This document shows positions 26,009 to 37,073 of a DNA stretch of 64,000 bases, in pieces. The DNA comes from Ptychomitrium polyphyllum. Lineage: Eukaryota. The stretch is from assembly GCA_973851085.1 (NCBI GenBank), contig OZ316775.1, positions 4,154,001-4,218,000 of the forward strand, given 5' to 3'. The notes beneath the pieces were generated by a model, which ran no database searches, was not told the DNA's origin, and was given only the letters and a program-made list of their open reading frames with translations. The position numbers and the translations under genes are program-made. Every line of letters starts with the position of its first letter. Position 1 is the first letter of the stretch.

Positions 26009-28560
26009 AATGTTGCAACCCTTGTAATGCACCTTAGCAAGCGTCACTCGCGTCAACCCTATACACCCCCACATGCACATGGTTAACCTCCATTTTCCCT
26101 TTCCAAGTTCTTCTACCATTTCTCTTAGGACACTCAATTGATTGGTAGCCAATGGTTAGATGCGGACTTCCATTCATGTCCAAGGCCTCACTTGATGTTA
26201 CTCCCATTCCACACGGTTTAACTGCACTTAGTGGTGTCTCCTCACCACCACTCATGATCTCCACGTGATCCTAAGATTACTAGAGCCATCATGGTGTCGA
26301 TATGAAGACACCACCCCAACTTAGTGGTAACAAACGTACCCTTTTAAACGTGCTAGTTCCCTCCGTGAAACCGGTTGTCCACCAACTCACAATGGTGTGG
26401 GAGTCCCCGTGGTGAAGCCCCAACACTAGCTCCACCAACCAGAACTCACCCTTGGTCTCTACCGGGACATTAGGGTAGTGGAGAGGAGGACCAGCCCTCC
26501 TTTTTAGTACTTTCTGTGGGATTCGGCAGGCCCCCTGGCCCTCTGTAGCTGGCTGAACCCCAACACACCTAGAGTTTTGGAAGACCACCCGATCTCCCTT
26601 GGGATTTAGCCGCTGGAAGCCTCCGGGACTCTTAGCGGACCTTTAGGAAGCCATATCTTCTTCATCCGGTGCCTGAATGTATTGAGCAATCACTCTATGG
26701 TCATTTACTCTTTGCGTAGATGCCGATAGACTCCTCAAACGTCCGATTTGAGTTAGTATTGTGGGAGATACGTCTCTCCCAAGGTTCGGGACTCCCGGGG
26801 AGTCCCTCCCTGGACTCTCCCACTCCAGTATAGTCACTGAGTAGGGCCGCCACACTCTAAAACAGCCCCTTGGCAACCCCAACTTTGGGATGCCATAACT
26901 TTTAGCTCCCTTGTCCGATTTGGACAATCTTTAGAATTCTAGAATCAGCTCTTTGTGATTCTTCTAATGCCCGCCATCTATCCCTCGTGGCCCTCGGTCT
27001 ACATGGGCAAGGATGTTTCTTCCCTTTAGGGGTCCTTCCCATGCTAGGCCCACTTGATTCCCCTCATTATCGGCGCCACAAGTCTCAGACGTCACTTCGA
27101 GGTCCCCCTTGTGCCCTTAGTGTTGCGGGCACTCCTCAAGAAGAAGTGCGCGACAGCCAAGGAGCCTACCAAATCCCACAGAGAGTACTAAAAGGGAGGG
27201 CTGGTCCCCCTCTCCACTACCCTAGTGTCCTGGTAGAGACCATAGGTGAGTCCCGGTTGGTGGAGCTAGTGTTAGGGCTTCACCACGGGGACTCCCACAC
27301 CATTGTGAGCTGGTGGACGGCCAGTTTCACGGAGGGAACTAGCACGTTTAAAAGGGTACGTTTGTTACCACTAAGTTGGGGTGGTGTCTTCATGTCGACA
27401 CCATGATGGCTCTAGTAATCTTAGGATCACGTGGAGGTCATGAGTGGTAGTGAGGAGACACCACTAAGTGCAATTAAACCATGTGGAATGGAAGTAACAC
27501 CAAGTGAGGCCTTGGACATGAATGGAAGTCCGTATCTAATCATTGGCTACCAATCAATTGAGTGTTTTAAGAGAAATGGTAGAAGGACTTGGAAAATAAG
27601 AATGTGGTTAACCATGTGCATGTGGGGGTGTATAGGGTTGATGCGCGTAACGCTTGCTAAGGTGCATTACAAGGGTTGCAACACGGTGGTTGGAGAAGTT
27701 CATATGAATGGTGTTGATGATACTTTGACCTTGAGCAGGTATGACACAAGAGTTCAAACTTTTTAACAGCCTTCCACATTTGAGGCCACCAAAAGTCTCA
27801 CAAGAAGAGTCCTAAAGTTTTGTTGAATCCAAAATGTCTAATCGCAGGAAAGTCATGACGTGCTTGAAGTATACAAAGGCAACCTGCTCCTTCATGAATA
27901 TATAGACGTTCTTCAAAGTAGAGAAGGTTGTCTTATAATTTGAACTTAGACACATCTTTAGAGAGGTTGTTGGAACAACGCTTGTTATAAAAAATAAGAG
28001 GGTCTTTGGTAGATGCCACACGCCCCTGGTCACAGAACGATAAATCCACTGGAATTGAAATGGTCATTGAGCATATAAAAAATCGTTTGGGTTTCAACAA
28101 AGTTGCTTGTTGTTGATTGTGTATTGCCTCTTCCTCTTTTGGCACAAGATAGGATCGCCTTGACAAAGCATTTGACAACTTTTGCTGTTCTCCGGATCAA
28201 TATGTAATGCAAAAATCAAATTGAAATAGAGATATATTCCAATAAGCTTGGCGACGATTGAAAATATGGGCTGATATGAAATAGTCCAAGTTCTTATGGT
28301 ATATATATACAATAAATGGATGCGCGGCACTCTTGAACAAATGACGCCATACTTGAAAGGAATCCACAATTACAAATAGTCCCTTATCAAGGATATATTT
28401 GATTTCTGCAATTGAATTTTTTTTAAGAATGGAATGCAATCAAATGGAGTCTCCTTTCTTCTCCCGTTTGTGAGAAGACTACTGCAAGTACAAAATCAAA
28501 AATAATTGTCTCAAGATAAAATTGCTTTGAAAAGTCCGGATGGACCAAAATAAGAGTTGT

Positions 28561-29705
28561 TCTCGCAATCCTTGTAATGCACCTTAGCAAGCAACACGTG
28601 CGTCAACCCTGTACATTCCCACATGCACATGGTTAACCCCCATTCTTATTTTCCAAGTCCTTCTACCATTTCTCTTCGGACACTCAATTGATTGGTAGCC
28701 AATGATTAAATGCAGACTTCCATTCATATCCAAGGCCTCACTTGGTGTTACTCCCATTCCACATGGTTTAACTGCACTTAATGGTGTCTCCTCACCACCA
28801 CTCATGATCTCCACGTGATCCTAAGATCATTAGAGCCATCATGGTGCCGACGTGAAGACACCACCCCAACTTAGTGGTAACAAATGTACCCTTTTAAACG
28901 TGCTAGTTCTCTCCGTAAAACCGGTTGTCCACCAGCTCACAATGGTGTGGGAGTCCCCGTGGTGAAGCCCCAACACTAGCTCCACCAACCGGAACTCACT
29001 CTTTGTTCCTACCAAGACACTAGGAGAGTGAGGAGGAGGACCAGCCCTCCCCTTATAGTACTCTCTATGGGATTCGGTAGGCTCCATGGCCCTCTATAGC
29101 TGGCTAAACCCCGACACACGTAAAGTTTTGGAAGACCACCCGATCTCCCTTGAAACTTAGCCGCTGGAAGCCTCCGGGATTCCTAGCGGACCTTCAGGAA
29201 GCCATATCTTCCTCATCCGGTACCCGAATGTATTGAACAACCATTCTATCGTCATTTACTCTTTGCTTAGATGCCGATAGACTCCTCAAACGTCCGATTT
29301 GAGTTAGTATTGTGGGAGATACGCCTCTTTCAAGGTTTGGGACTCCCGGGGAGTTCCTCCCTGGATTGTTCCACCCCAGTACAGTCACTGTGTAGGGCTG
29401 CCACACTCCAAAACAGCCCCTTGGCAACCTCAACTTTGGGATGCCATAACTTTTAGCTCCCTTGTCCGATTTGGACAATCTTTAGCATTCTAGAATCAGC
29501 TCTTCGTGATTCCTCCAATGCCCACGATTTATCCCTCGTGGCCCTCGGTCTACATGGATAAGGATGTTTCTCCCCTTAGAAGTCCTTCCCACACTAGGTC
29601 TACTTGGTTCCCCTAACTATTGGCGCCACAAGTCTCGGATGTCACTCTGGGATCCCCTTTGTGCCCTTAGTGTTGCGAGTACTCCTCAAGGAGAGGTACG
29701 CAACA
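28561..29705 (-). mobile_element. Solo LTR, family A (1145 bp)
   Basis: Colinear with 26011-27155. Perfect TSD GTTGT (28556-28560 / 29706-29710). Sits in the RT/RNase H junction of the B element. Confidence 0.92.
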
Positions 29706-29791
29706 GTTGTGGTAAAAGCTCGCTTTAAACTTTAGAATGCATCTTGAGCATTGGATCTCCATTCAAGCTTTTCTTTATATGATAGTTGCGT

Positions 29792-31331
29792 TGTCATGAT
29801 GTAATAAATTGTATAGTTTAAAACTTGAGTAATATTTGTTGTTTATTGTATTTGGAAAAGAGTTTTAGAAAAAAAAAAAAATTAGATAAAAATAAAGATC
29901 GTGGTAAAACCACAATTTTTATTTATCTTGGAAGTGGAATAACATCTTGTTTTAGCTCAAGGTGATTAGGCCGGTTGACTGTTATTTTTCCTGCCTATTG
30001 TTTTTGTTAATAGAACCAAGTCAAGTACTGCCATTCTACTCAACGAATTTGACAAATATTGAACTCGGACCGGTTCAATAGCTGAAACTTATCCAGTCAA
30101 CCAAGTTCATGTCTTGGTGTCTGAACCTACCTTGACAATGGTTTTATTTTTAATTTGTTTCTTGTTGAATTTTAACCAAATCTTATTTTTTTAATTTATT
30201 TTAATTTTTATATTAGACTTGTGAGGGTTGATTTTATCTTCTTTGTACTTGGAACCTAGAAGTTTCAACCAAAAGAAAGAAAAGAAAGAAAAGCAAAAAA
30301 AAAAGAATTAGGTTGTTTTTATTTGAAGGTATGGTTAGATAAGGGTTTGATAAAAGAGATTAAGAGGTGATGTAGAGAGATATAGTTGATGTGAAGAAAT
30401 ATAGCAGATGCAGAGAGATAAGAGGCGGATGTGGCGGTTTGACCACCGCCCTCTTCTTCTCTCTCGGCCTCTCCTACTAGAATAAGAAAGCAGCGTTTCT
30501 TTGGGTGAAATCTCATAGTACACTTCTTAATTTGAGTTGATTTTAATTGGATTTTTTTTTTTTTTTTGTAAGCTTTTCAAAAAGCCATTACACGCTCCAT
30601 TTGAAGTTAGTATGTGGTTGTGGCTTTAGTTTGAGTAAAGTTAAGTTAGCTGCCCTAAGTTTCTGAGGGCAACTAGTTTGAATAATTGTAACTTCTTGTA
30701 GAAACGTCTTTTGTAAGTGAAATTTTTATTGAAAGGTTTTGATTACTTTAAAAATATGGTATTTAAATTTGATGAGCATTGGACTTCTTGAAGAAAAGAT
30801 ACAAAGACAAATGCAACTGGGGCATAGAAGGCAGTGTACTCTAGAACTTAGGGTTGTACAATCTAGATCATTATAGATGTTAGAAGGATTTTCTAAGATT
30901 TATCTTTTGACAAGGTGTTTATTATAAGATATGTATTATGTACACAAAGTTCAAAGTTTGAATCTGCGATAAAAAAAGAGTTATAAAGTGATAAAGTGAT
31001 AGGGATATAAAAGCTGTAGTGATGAAGAATGTAAACTTTGAAGTTATGAATCTTACAGGTTATCTAGGATTTGGCAACCAAAATTTTTATATAGCCTATT
31101 AAATGTTTTAAAAAGGTATTGCTAAAATCTTAGGTGCTTTGGATTAGTTTGCTAGAAGTTATGATATATTTAACATTCGGGATTTTCAAGGCAGCGTAAA
31201 GGGAAAATTTGGGGTAGGATATTTGCTTCATTGGGTGTTAAACATACAAACTCTTCATGCATCTTGACCTTGATCAATTAGATGCTAAAAAAGACCCTCT
31301 GTTTTCTATAGCTACCACTCTCACCTCAACA
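29792..31331. mobile_element. Family-C element (probable solo LTR, 1540 bp)
   Basis: TGTCATGA...CCTCAACA termini, 4-bp flanks GCGT/GCAT. Homologous to 53017-54639 and, in reverse, to 45030-47373. Interrupts the host RT frame. Confidence 0.75.
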
Positions 31332-32365
31332 GCATGAGTGGTGTACCTATTAAAAAATAGTCCTTGATAAAAATCCTATAGAAGTCTATAAATCCAAGAA
31401 AATATCGGACATTACGTATTGATTTTGGCCTCGTCCAATTGCTAATTGCTTTGACCTTCTTCAGATCCATCAATAGCCCTTTGTTAAAGATGATATAACC
31501 AAAGAATTCTACTTGAACTTTGTTGAATACACATTTCTCTAGCTAAGCATACAAACCGGCATCTTGTAGCTTTTGTAAGACTATGCAAATAATTTGTTCA
31601 TGTTCCTTTAGATATTTTGAATAGATCAAAATATCATTCAAATAGCATACGACTAAATCATTGAGGTACTCCTAAAATATGTCATTTATTAAGTGTTGAA
31701 AAATGGCGGATTGTTGATAAGTCCAAAAGGCATGATATTGTATTCAAAATGTCCATACTTTGTTTGAAATGCCGTCTTCCATTTGTCTCCTTCTTTTATG
31801 CGCACCAAATTGTAGGCTCATCGCAAGTCTATTTTTGTATAGATCTTTGCTAAGCTTTGCTGATTAAGAAGCCCAGATATTAGCAGCAGTAGATATGGTT
31901 CTTTACCGTCATTTTATTGAAGCTACGGTAATTGACACACATTTGTAAGGATCCATCTTTCTTCTTTACAAAAAAAATTGGAGCACTAGTAGGAAACTTT
32001 GAATGTTGTATGAAGTTCTTGGCTAAGTTTTCATCAATATACTCCCTTAATGATGAAAGCTCGTTTTGGAATAAATTATAGATAGATCCAAATGGTGGCT
32101 GGGTGCCGTCATGGAGGTCTATGGTACAGTCATAAAGACAATGTTTTGGTAGGGTGTTTGCATTTTTTTTTCCAAATACATTGTTGAACTCCTTATATTT
32201 TTTTGAAATGATTGAGGATGAAGCCACAATTTTGGACATTGGAATTGCATACACAACAAAAGAAGCACAACTCTTTGTTGCTCTTACAAATGCGCTAGCT
32301 CCAATAAAGAGAGGCATTTTAGATGTATAAGATATTTCAACTTCCTCCGTAGGTTTAGTAATTTC

Positions 32366-32939
32366 TATTATGGACATAGAGTATGCAACAGAATCCTTAG
32401 AACATTCGAGAACCCTTTGATATAGTACAGTAACTTCTTAGATTACTTTTATATGTCTTTGTAATTTTTTCATGTTCTTAGGAATCTTCCTAGGAAAATT
32501 CCTTAATCTTAGGAAACTTCCTTGAAAGGCTCTATCATCTCAAATAACTTCCTAGAAAGATTCCATCACCTTAAAAAACTTCCTAGAAAGATTCCATCAT
32601 CTTAGGAAACTACCTAAGAAAGTTCCACCACCTCAAAAACTTCTTAAGGAGGTTCTATCTCCTTAGAAAACTTCCTAAGAAAGTTCCACCACCTTAGGAG
32701 GCTTCCAAGGAAGGTTCCAACATCTTAGGAATTTTCCATGGAAAGTTCCAATTCCTTAAAAGCTTCTTATGAAGGTTTCAATATCTTAAGAAACTTCTTG
32801 GGAAGGTTTCCTAGACTTCTAGAACATTCTTAAGCTTTGTTTTAGTCTTTGTATCAGGTTCTTATTAATAATGAACTCTTTGGAAGCTAATTCTTGGAAA
32901 ACACTTTGTTTATGCTTCTTATTTCTTGTGTCTTTAACA
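32366..32939 (+). repeat. About 31-bp minisatellite block (about 32470-32820) inside a probable old B-related solo LTR
   Basis: About 11 units like CTTAGGAAACTTCCTAGGAAAGTTCCATCAC, similar to the reverse complement of the 30-bp B-LTR unit. Termini TATTATGGAC...GTCTTTAACA. TSD is poorly conserved. Confidence 0.55.
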
Positions 32940-35900
32940 GTTACAGGCTCTAATGATGGAAATTCTATTTTGCAGGATGTCCAATCTATCTGCGGGCTGT
33001 ACTTTTCAAGCCAAGAAAGCTTTAGATTGATGGGACTTGACGGAGATCTAATGATATTAAATATCACTTGACTGCTATGGTTATTTAATGTTCTTGTAAA
33101 TGGATTGGTCTCATGAATAACATCTCCAGAAGATAACGGCCGACCATCTATGACTTCTACATGGACGGGTTTGGATTTTCTACTAAAAGAAAATTTATGG
33201 TTTCTTATGAATTCTTCATAAATAAAGCAAGCAGAGGCTTCTAAACCTATTAGAAGAAGGCTTTTCATCTTTTGAACACCTAAACAAACAGGTATAGTAA
33301 AACAAGAGGAAGGATGGGCTAATAGAATAGGACCTTTGTTTTCTTGCGAAGGAAGCAGATCTAGTTGCACGATTCCTATTGTGGCTGGACGTCCTCATTT
33401 TTTTGCAAAGTGTTCGGCATTGTGGTTGTACCTCTCATCCAATATGTACATAGAGGTTTCTCTCTGAACATTTATCAACCTTGTGGCCAGATTTTTCACA
33501 GTACCTTGTCTATGCTTGTTACCTCAGTCACATATTTGATCGGGAAGGCATCTTACATAGCCTTGCAATTTGGACTGCACCTGCTGGTACATAAATTCGG
33601 CAATGGCCCAGCCAGCAGAGTCTGATCAGTGCTTTCTTTGCAGCGAAGGAACTTTGGCGAAATCAAAGAGAGATTTCAAAGTCTCCTTTCACCAAAGTGC
33701 AGCACATGCATCGAATAAAATGCAACTCATCGTCTTTATCACGAAGCAAATCTGCTTACGGAAATTTGATAGCCCATATCTCTTGGCTTTTTCAATTAGA
33801 TTCATAACTTTTCTTCTCTTTCTTCTTGGCCGGAGTCAACTCGGCATTGGAGACCATAGACTCCACCATAACGCAGTCGGATAATTCAGAGACAGGAGTA
33901 GCCAAAAGCCCTCCAACTTCACCGCATGATTGCTGCGCCTGGAGGTGCAAGTGTTGGACTCCGTCGGCCCTGATGAAGAGGCCTCCACTGAGTGGGCGTT
34001 TAAGAACCGAGGCGTGGGCTTCGTTGGAAGAAGCGGTGAGCTATTTTTTGCATTTCTCAAGGATCCCCAGTAAGACTCCAGAACGCATGCCCGATTTTCC
34101 TCGTGACCTTGGCTCTTACTAACGCCATGATCTGGTTCCAACACAGAGTCTGGCCGCAACCCTAGGCGTGCACGTGAAGTCAAGCATGAGCCATTAAGCA
34201 TTGAACAAAGCCTGCAATGTCGAGCATGAGGATTGCACAAAACCTTCAACGCATCGACCCAGAAAATGAACAGCTATCAAGTTTCAAACAAAACGCACCT
34301 AGAAGTACATGACGGCCAACGCTTAGGCCGTGGCTCGGCACTGGGCAATGCGCACCTCAATTCTAGCGCCTACATCCCAAGTCGATTCACACAAGAATAA
34401 CAATTCCAAGCGAATCAACAAGCAAGTTGCAACCCATTCACCAAGCAACGCATGACCAACGAAATACGTGCATTGACAAAATAAAATAGAATGAGGATTG
34501 TGATGAATCGAGTGAACCAAGCGGCTTTGTATACAGCCTCTGACCCCGCGTTCCATAGTCTCAATCGCCAGGTTCCAACTTCCAACTTCTAACAATGATG
34601 CAAGAACAGAATATCATGATTCATTACTTCCACAACGTCGTGGACACCCTAGTCTCCCGATCGCAATTGTAGGGATAATATAACGAGCTCAAATCGAGAA
34701 CCTTTGACTACAAGAAGAAGAACCCTTGCATTCATGTGTCCAGAGTTTTTTGAAGATGTTGGGAGTGAATGGGAAGCTGACGGGGGTGAAAACTACCCTC
34801 ACAAGGCTGACTCGTGGACCTTTGGCATCATGTGTGGACCTTTAACATCTTCAACTTCATTTTGGTCTAAGCTGTAAGGATAGGGGCCTGTAACGTAGGG
34901 CCCTATCCTGGGTTGCTTTCCTCTTCCGCATGCGCAGAAATTGTACACTGAAAGGTTGTTGTCCTCTTAACATTTAATTAAAAAACATGAATTTATGAAT
35001 GATCAGAGATTTGTTGACTTTCAATGAAGTCCAATTTTATGATGTGTGTATCTCACTCAAAAATGACTACCTTCATAAACCGACAACTGCAATAGATGAA
35101 CCAGACAATTTGAGTAATGCTTGTTCTTTGAAAGATTGGCTAAAATTGGAAATATGAGGCACTAAATAAAAATTTAGTAACCCCAGTGACCTCTCAGGTC
35201 ACCGATGTTGTTTAAGGGTTAAAGAATGATGAGATACTAAATGCAAAGAATGCCTAGTAGTATCATGAATACGACTTTTCAACTGTTCTTTGACCGATCT
35301 TTCAAATTAAAGAGTCTGATCAGTCCTTTATATGAGATGGAAGATGTTGATGTATGACTACCACAATCCTGGTACCACTACCATGCTAGTGTAGTTGAAG
35401 GAATGTAACCCCAAAGCCGTACGAAAACTCCAGGTGATCCATTCCTGCCAAAAGCAAATAAGAAATCACGCCATGTGCTCTGATCGATAATGTCAACACA
35501 ATAAATCAACGACCTCAGAGATACACACAAGCTGGCGAGATTAGAATCCTTGAGTATGTGATGAACCAGATTGAAACCAGCGCCACCAGCTCTTTTAGCC
35601 TCAATCCTACAACACTAAATCTGACGATGCACCAGCTAATGAGCAACAACGGGAATTACGCAGCACCCTCACACTGATCATCGAGAATACATATAACTAA
35701 GAAGCATCACGCAAGCTTCAGGCAACGCAAGCGAACATTATTAACTTAGTTCGTGAACATTACTGCTGATTATGGGATGTGACCCTTTGTAGAAACCTTC
35801 ATACTATTCCCGGATCACCTACAGTCCCAAATCATTGCTTCCAGGTGGCAATACCTCCACTGTATGGTTTGGGCTTTCGCCGTCAAAAACACGGCCGTCG

Positions 35901-37073
35901 CAGGCGTTGCTGTACTGGTCTTGTGCGAGTGTTGCAGACCCACTGACGCACCATTAGTGCTTGGAAATGAGACGATTCATACTTGTGCTTCAAACTACAG
36001 GTTCACCGTATGTGGCGGCTATTCTTTAGTTATTTGGATTTTTATATCTTTAGATGTGGGATATTGCGATGGAGTCCTATTTCTCAACGTCGTCGATTGT
36101 GGGTGTGTGAAGAAGGGGATGCAAAGAGTGGGCAGGCGACGAGGGGAACAAGTGTGCAGAAGTGGAGGTACTCCAGTGACAGTCACTCCAATTGGCGACG
36201 AACCCATCTTCTTGTGTAAGTGGATATGGATGATCTCGACCTAGTTTGTACCTTAGAGTTTCATCAGATGTGGATTGATATATTCCCAAGTTCTGCTCTG
36301 TATTTCTGTCTGCGGCACATGTGCACTCAATGTGCTCAGACATGAAGTATTTTGCTGAACCGGCATCCATGTAAGAAGACAATCTTTGTATTTTGAGCTT
36401 CTTAGGGCAAATAAGGAGTAGAGGGAAAAGGAAGGAAATGCTGAGGAGATTTTTGTAGATGACCTCTCAAATTGGATTTCCTTTTCTTAGCCACATTTAC
36501 TGCTGACGCTCATAGTTTGAACGCACCAAATCCTCAGAAGTTGCTTTTCTTGAATGGAGCTGCTTATCCTTGTTAACCACCGATTCTTTGCAGCCTGGAA
36601 GCCCAAATGTCAATGAATCAGATGAGTGAATTACTTTCGTTAGTGAGTGGAAGTGAGTGCTGATTCATTAACATTTAGTAACGAATCAGATGAAGTTTGG
36701 TCTTTCATCATGTAATGAAATTTGCTACTCTTCTCAGAAAATTGGTGCCCTTGAGGTTATAGAGTCTCATTCATTTACCAACAAGAGAAATTGGAGTCTA
36801 CTGCATGTTGGTTACCGTATGTCCAGAACTTTGTTGATGAATGTTGTGCTCAGTTGCCTTTTGGGGATTAGTTGAAATGCTTGTTGCAGGAGAAACTGGA
36901 ACACTTCTCTTAGTTATAGCACAGCGAATGTAGTACCTCCAAATCTAGACTTAAAAAGTGTTGTGTTAAAGACTATGTATGATGTAGGTGGATTCTTAAG
37001 ACGTAGGGTAAGCTTGATTCTGATAAATGGTCTCGGTGGCGTTACTCTCGGATAAGTTACATCAATTTGAAGC

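Larger units (their letters stand above)
19398..27155 (-). mobile_element. Full-length (7758 bp) Ty3/Gypsy chromovirus, family A. LTRs 19398-20542 and 26011-27155, gag-PR-RT-RH-INT-chromodomain with a few stops/frameshifts
   Basis: Two 1145-bp TG..CA LTRs (about 15-20 substitutions by eye), TSD GCCAG/GCCAA, Met-type PBS and PPT. Protein motifs CGKIGHFIAEC, LIDTGATHSF, YIDDILVYS, HTDASDFAIG, H2C2/DDE integrase, YLVKWRGY. Confidence 0.95.
18778..27683 (+). mobile_element. Solo LTR, family A, split by a full-length family-A element (parts 18778-19397 and 27161-27683)
   Basis: TGTCGCGCAC start, GGTTGCAACA end, perfect TSD CGGTG (18773-18777 / 27684-27688). The two halves join at GAGGGCCAG|GGAGCCTACC. 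Confidence 0.9.
16088..33450 (-). mobile_element. Degenerate family-B Ty3/Gypsy element (Tcn1-like chromovirus) that hosts the nested stack. 3' LTR 16088-17631, PPT about 17632-17650, integrase/RNase H/RT/protease pieces at about 18240-18777, 27689-28560, 29711-29791, 31336-32365, 32940-33400
   Basis: Minus-strand frames rejoin across the insertions: KPWSFVSMDFIIDLP, YIYHKNLDYF, APIFFVKKKDGSLQMCVNYR, VEVIDGRPL, LSWLEKYSPQIDW. LTR matches the family-B copies at 43.6-49.3 kb. The 5' LTR was not found and the right boundary is approximate. Confidence 0.75.

Noticed and set aside
16651..29478. Recurrent small ORFs such as MSKSDKGAKSYG..., MEIMSGGEETP... and MVFQNSRC...
   Set aside because: They recur only because they lie inside copies of the family-A LTR. 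They are broken in other copies and show no coding signature.
32470..32820. Regular 30-31-bp repeats (also within B LTRs) resembling a CRISPR array
   Set aside because: Head-to-tail units without unique spacers, no cas genes and a eukaryotic context. This is a TE minisatellite.
33570..36400. Moderately GC-rich ORFs between the TE stack and the TNL
   Set aside because: No family or splice-consistent model could be supported. Left unannotated.
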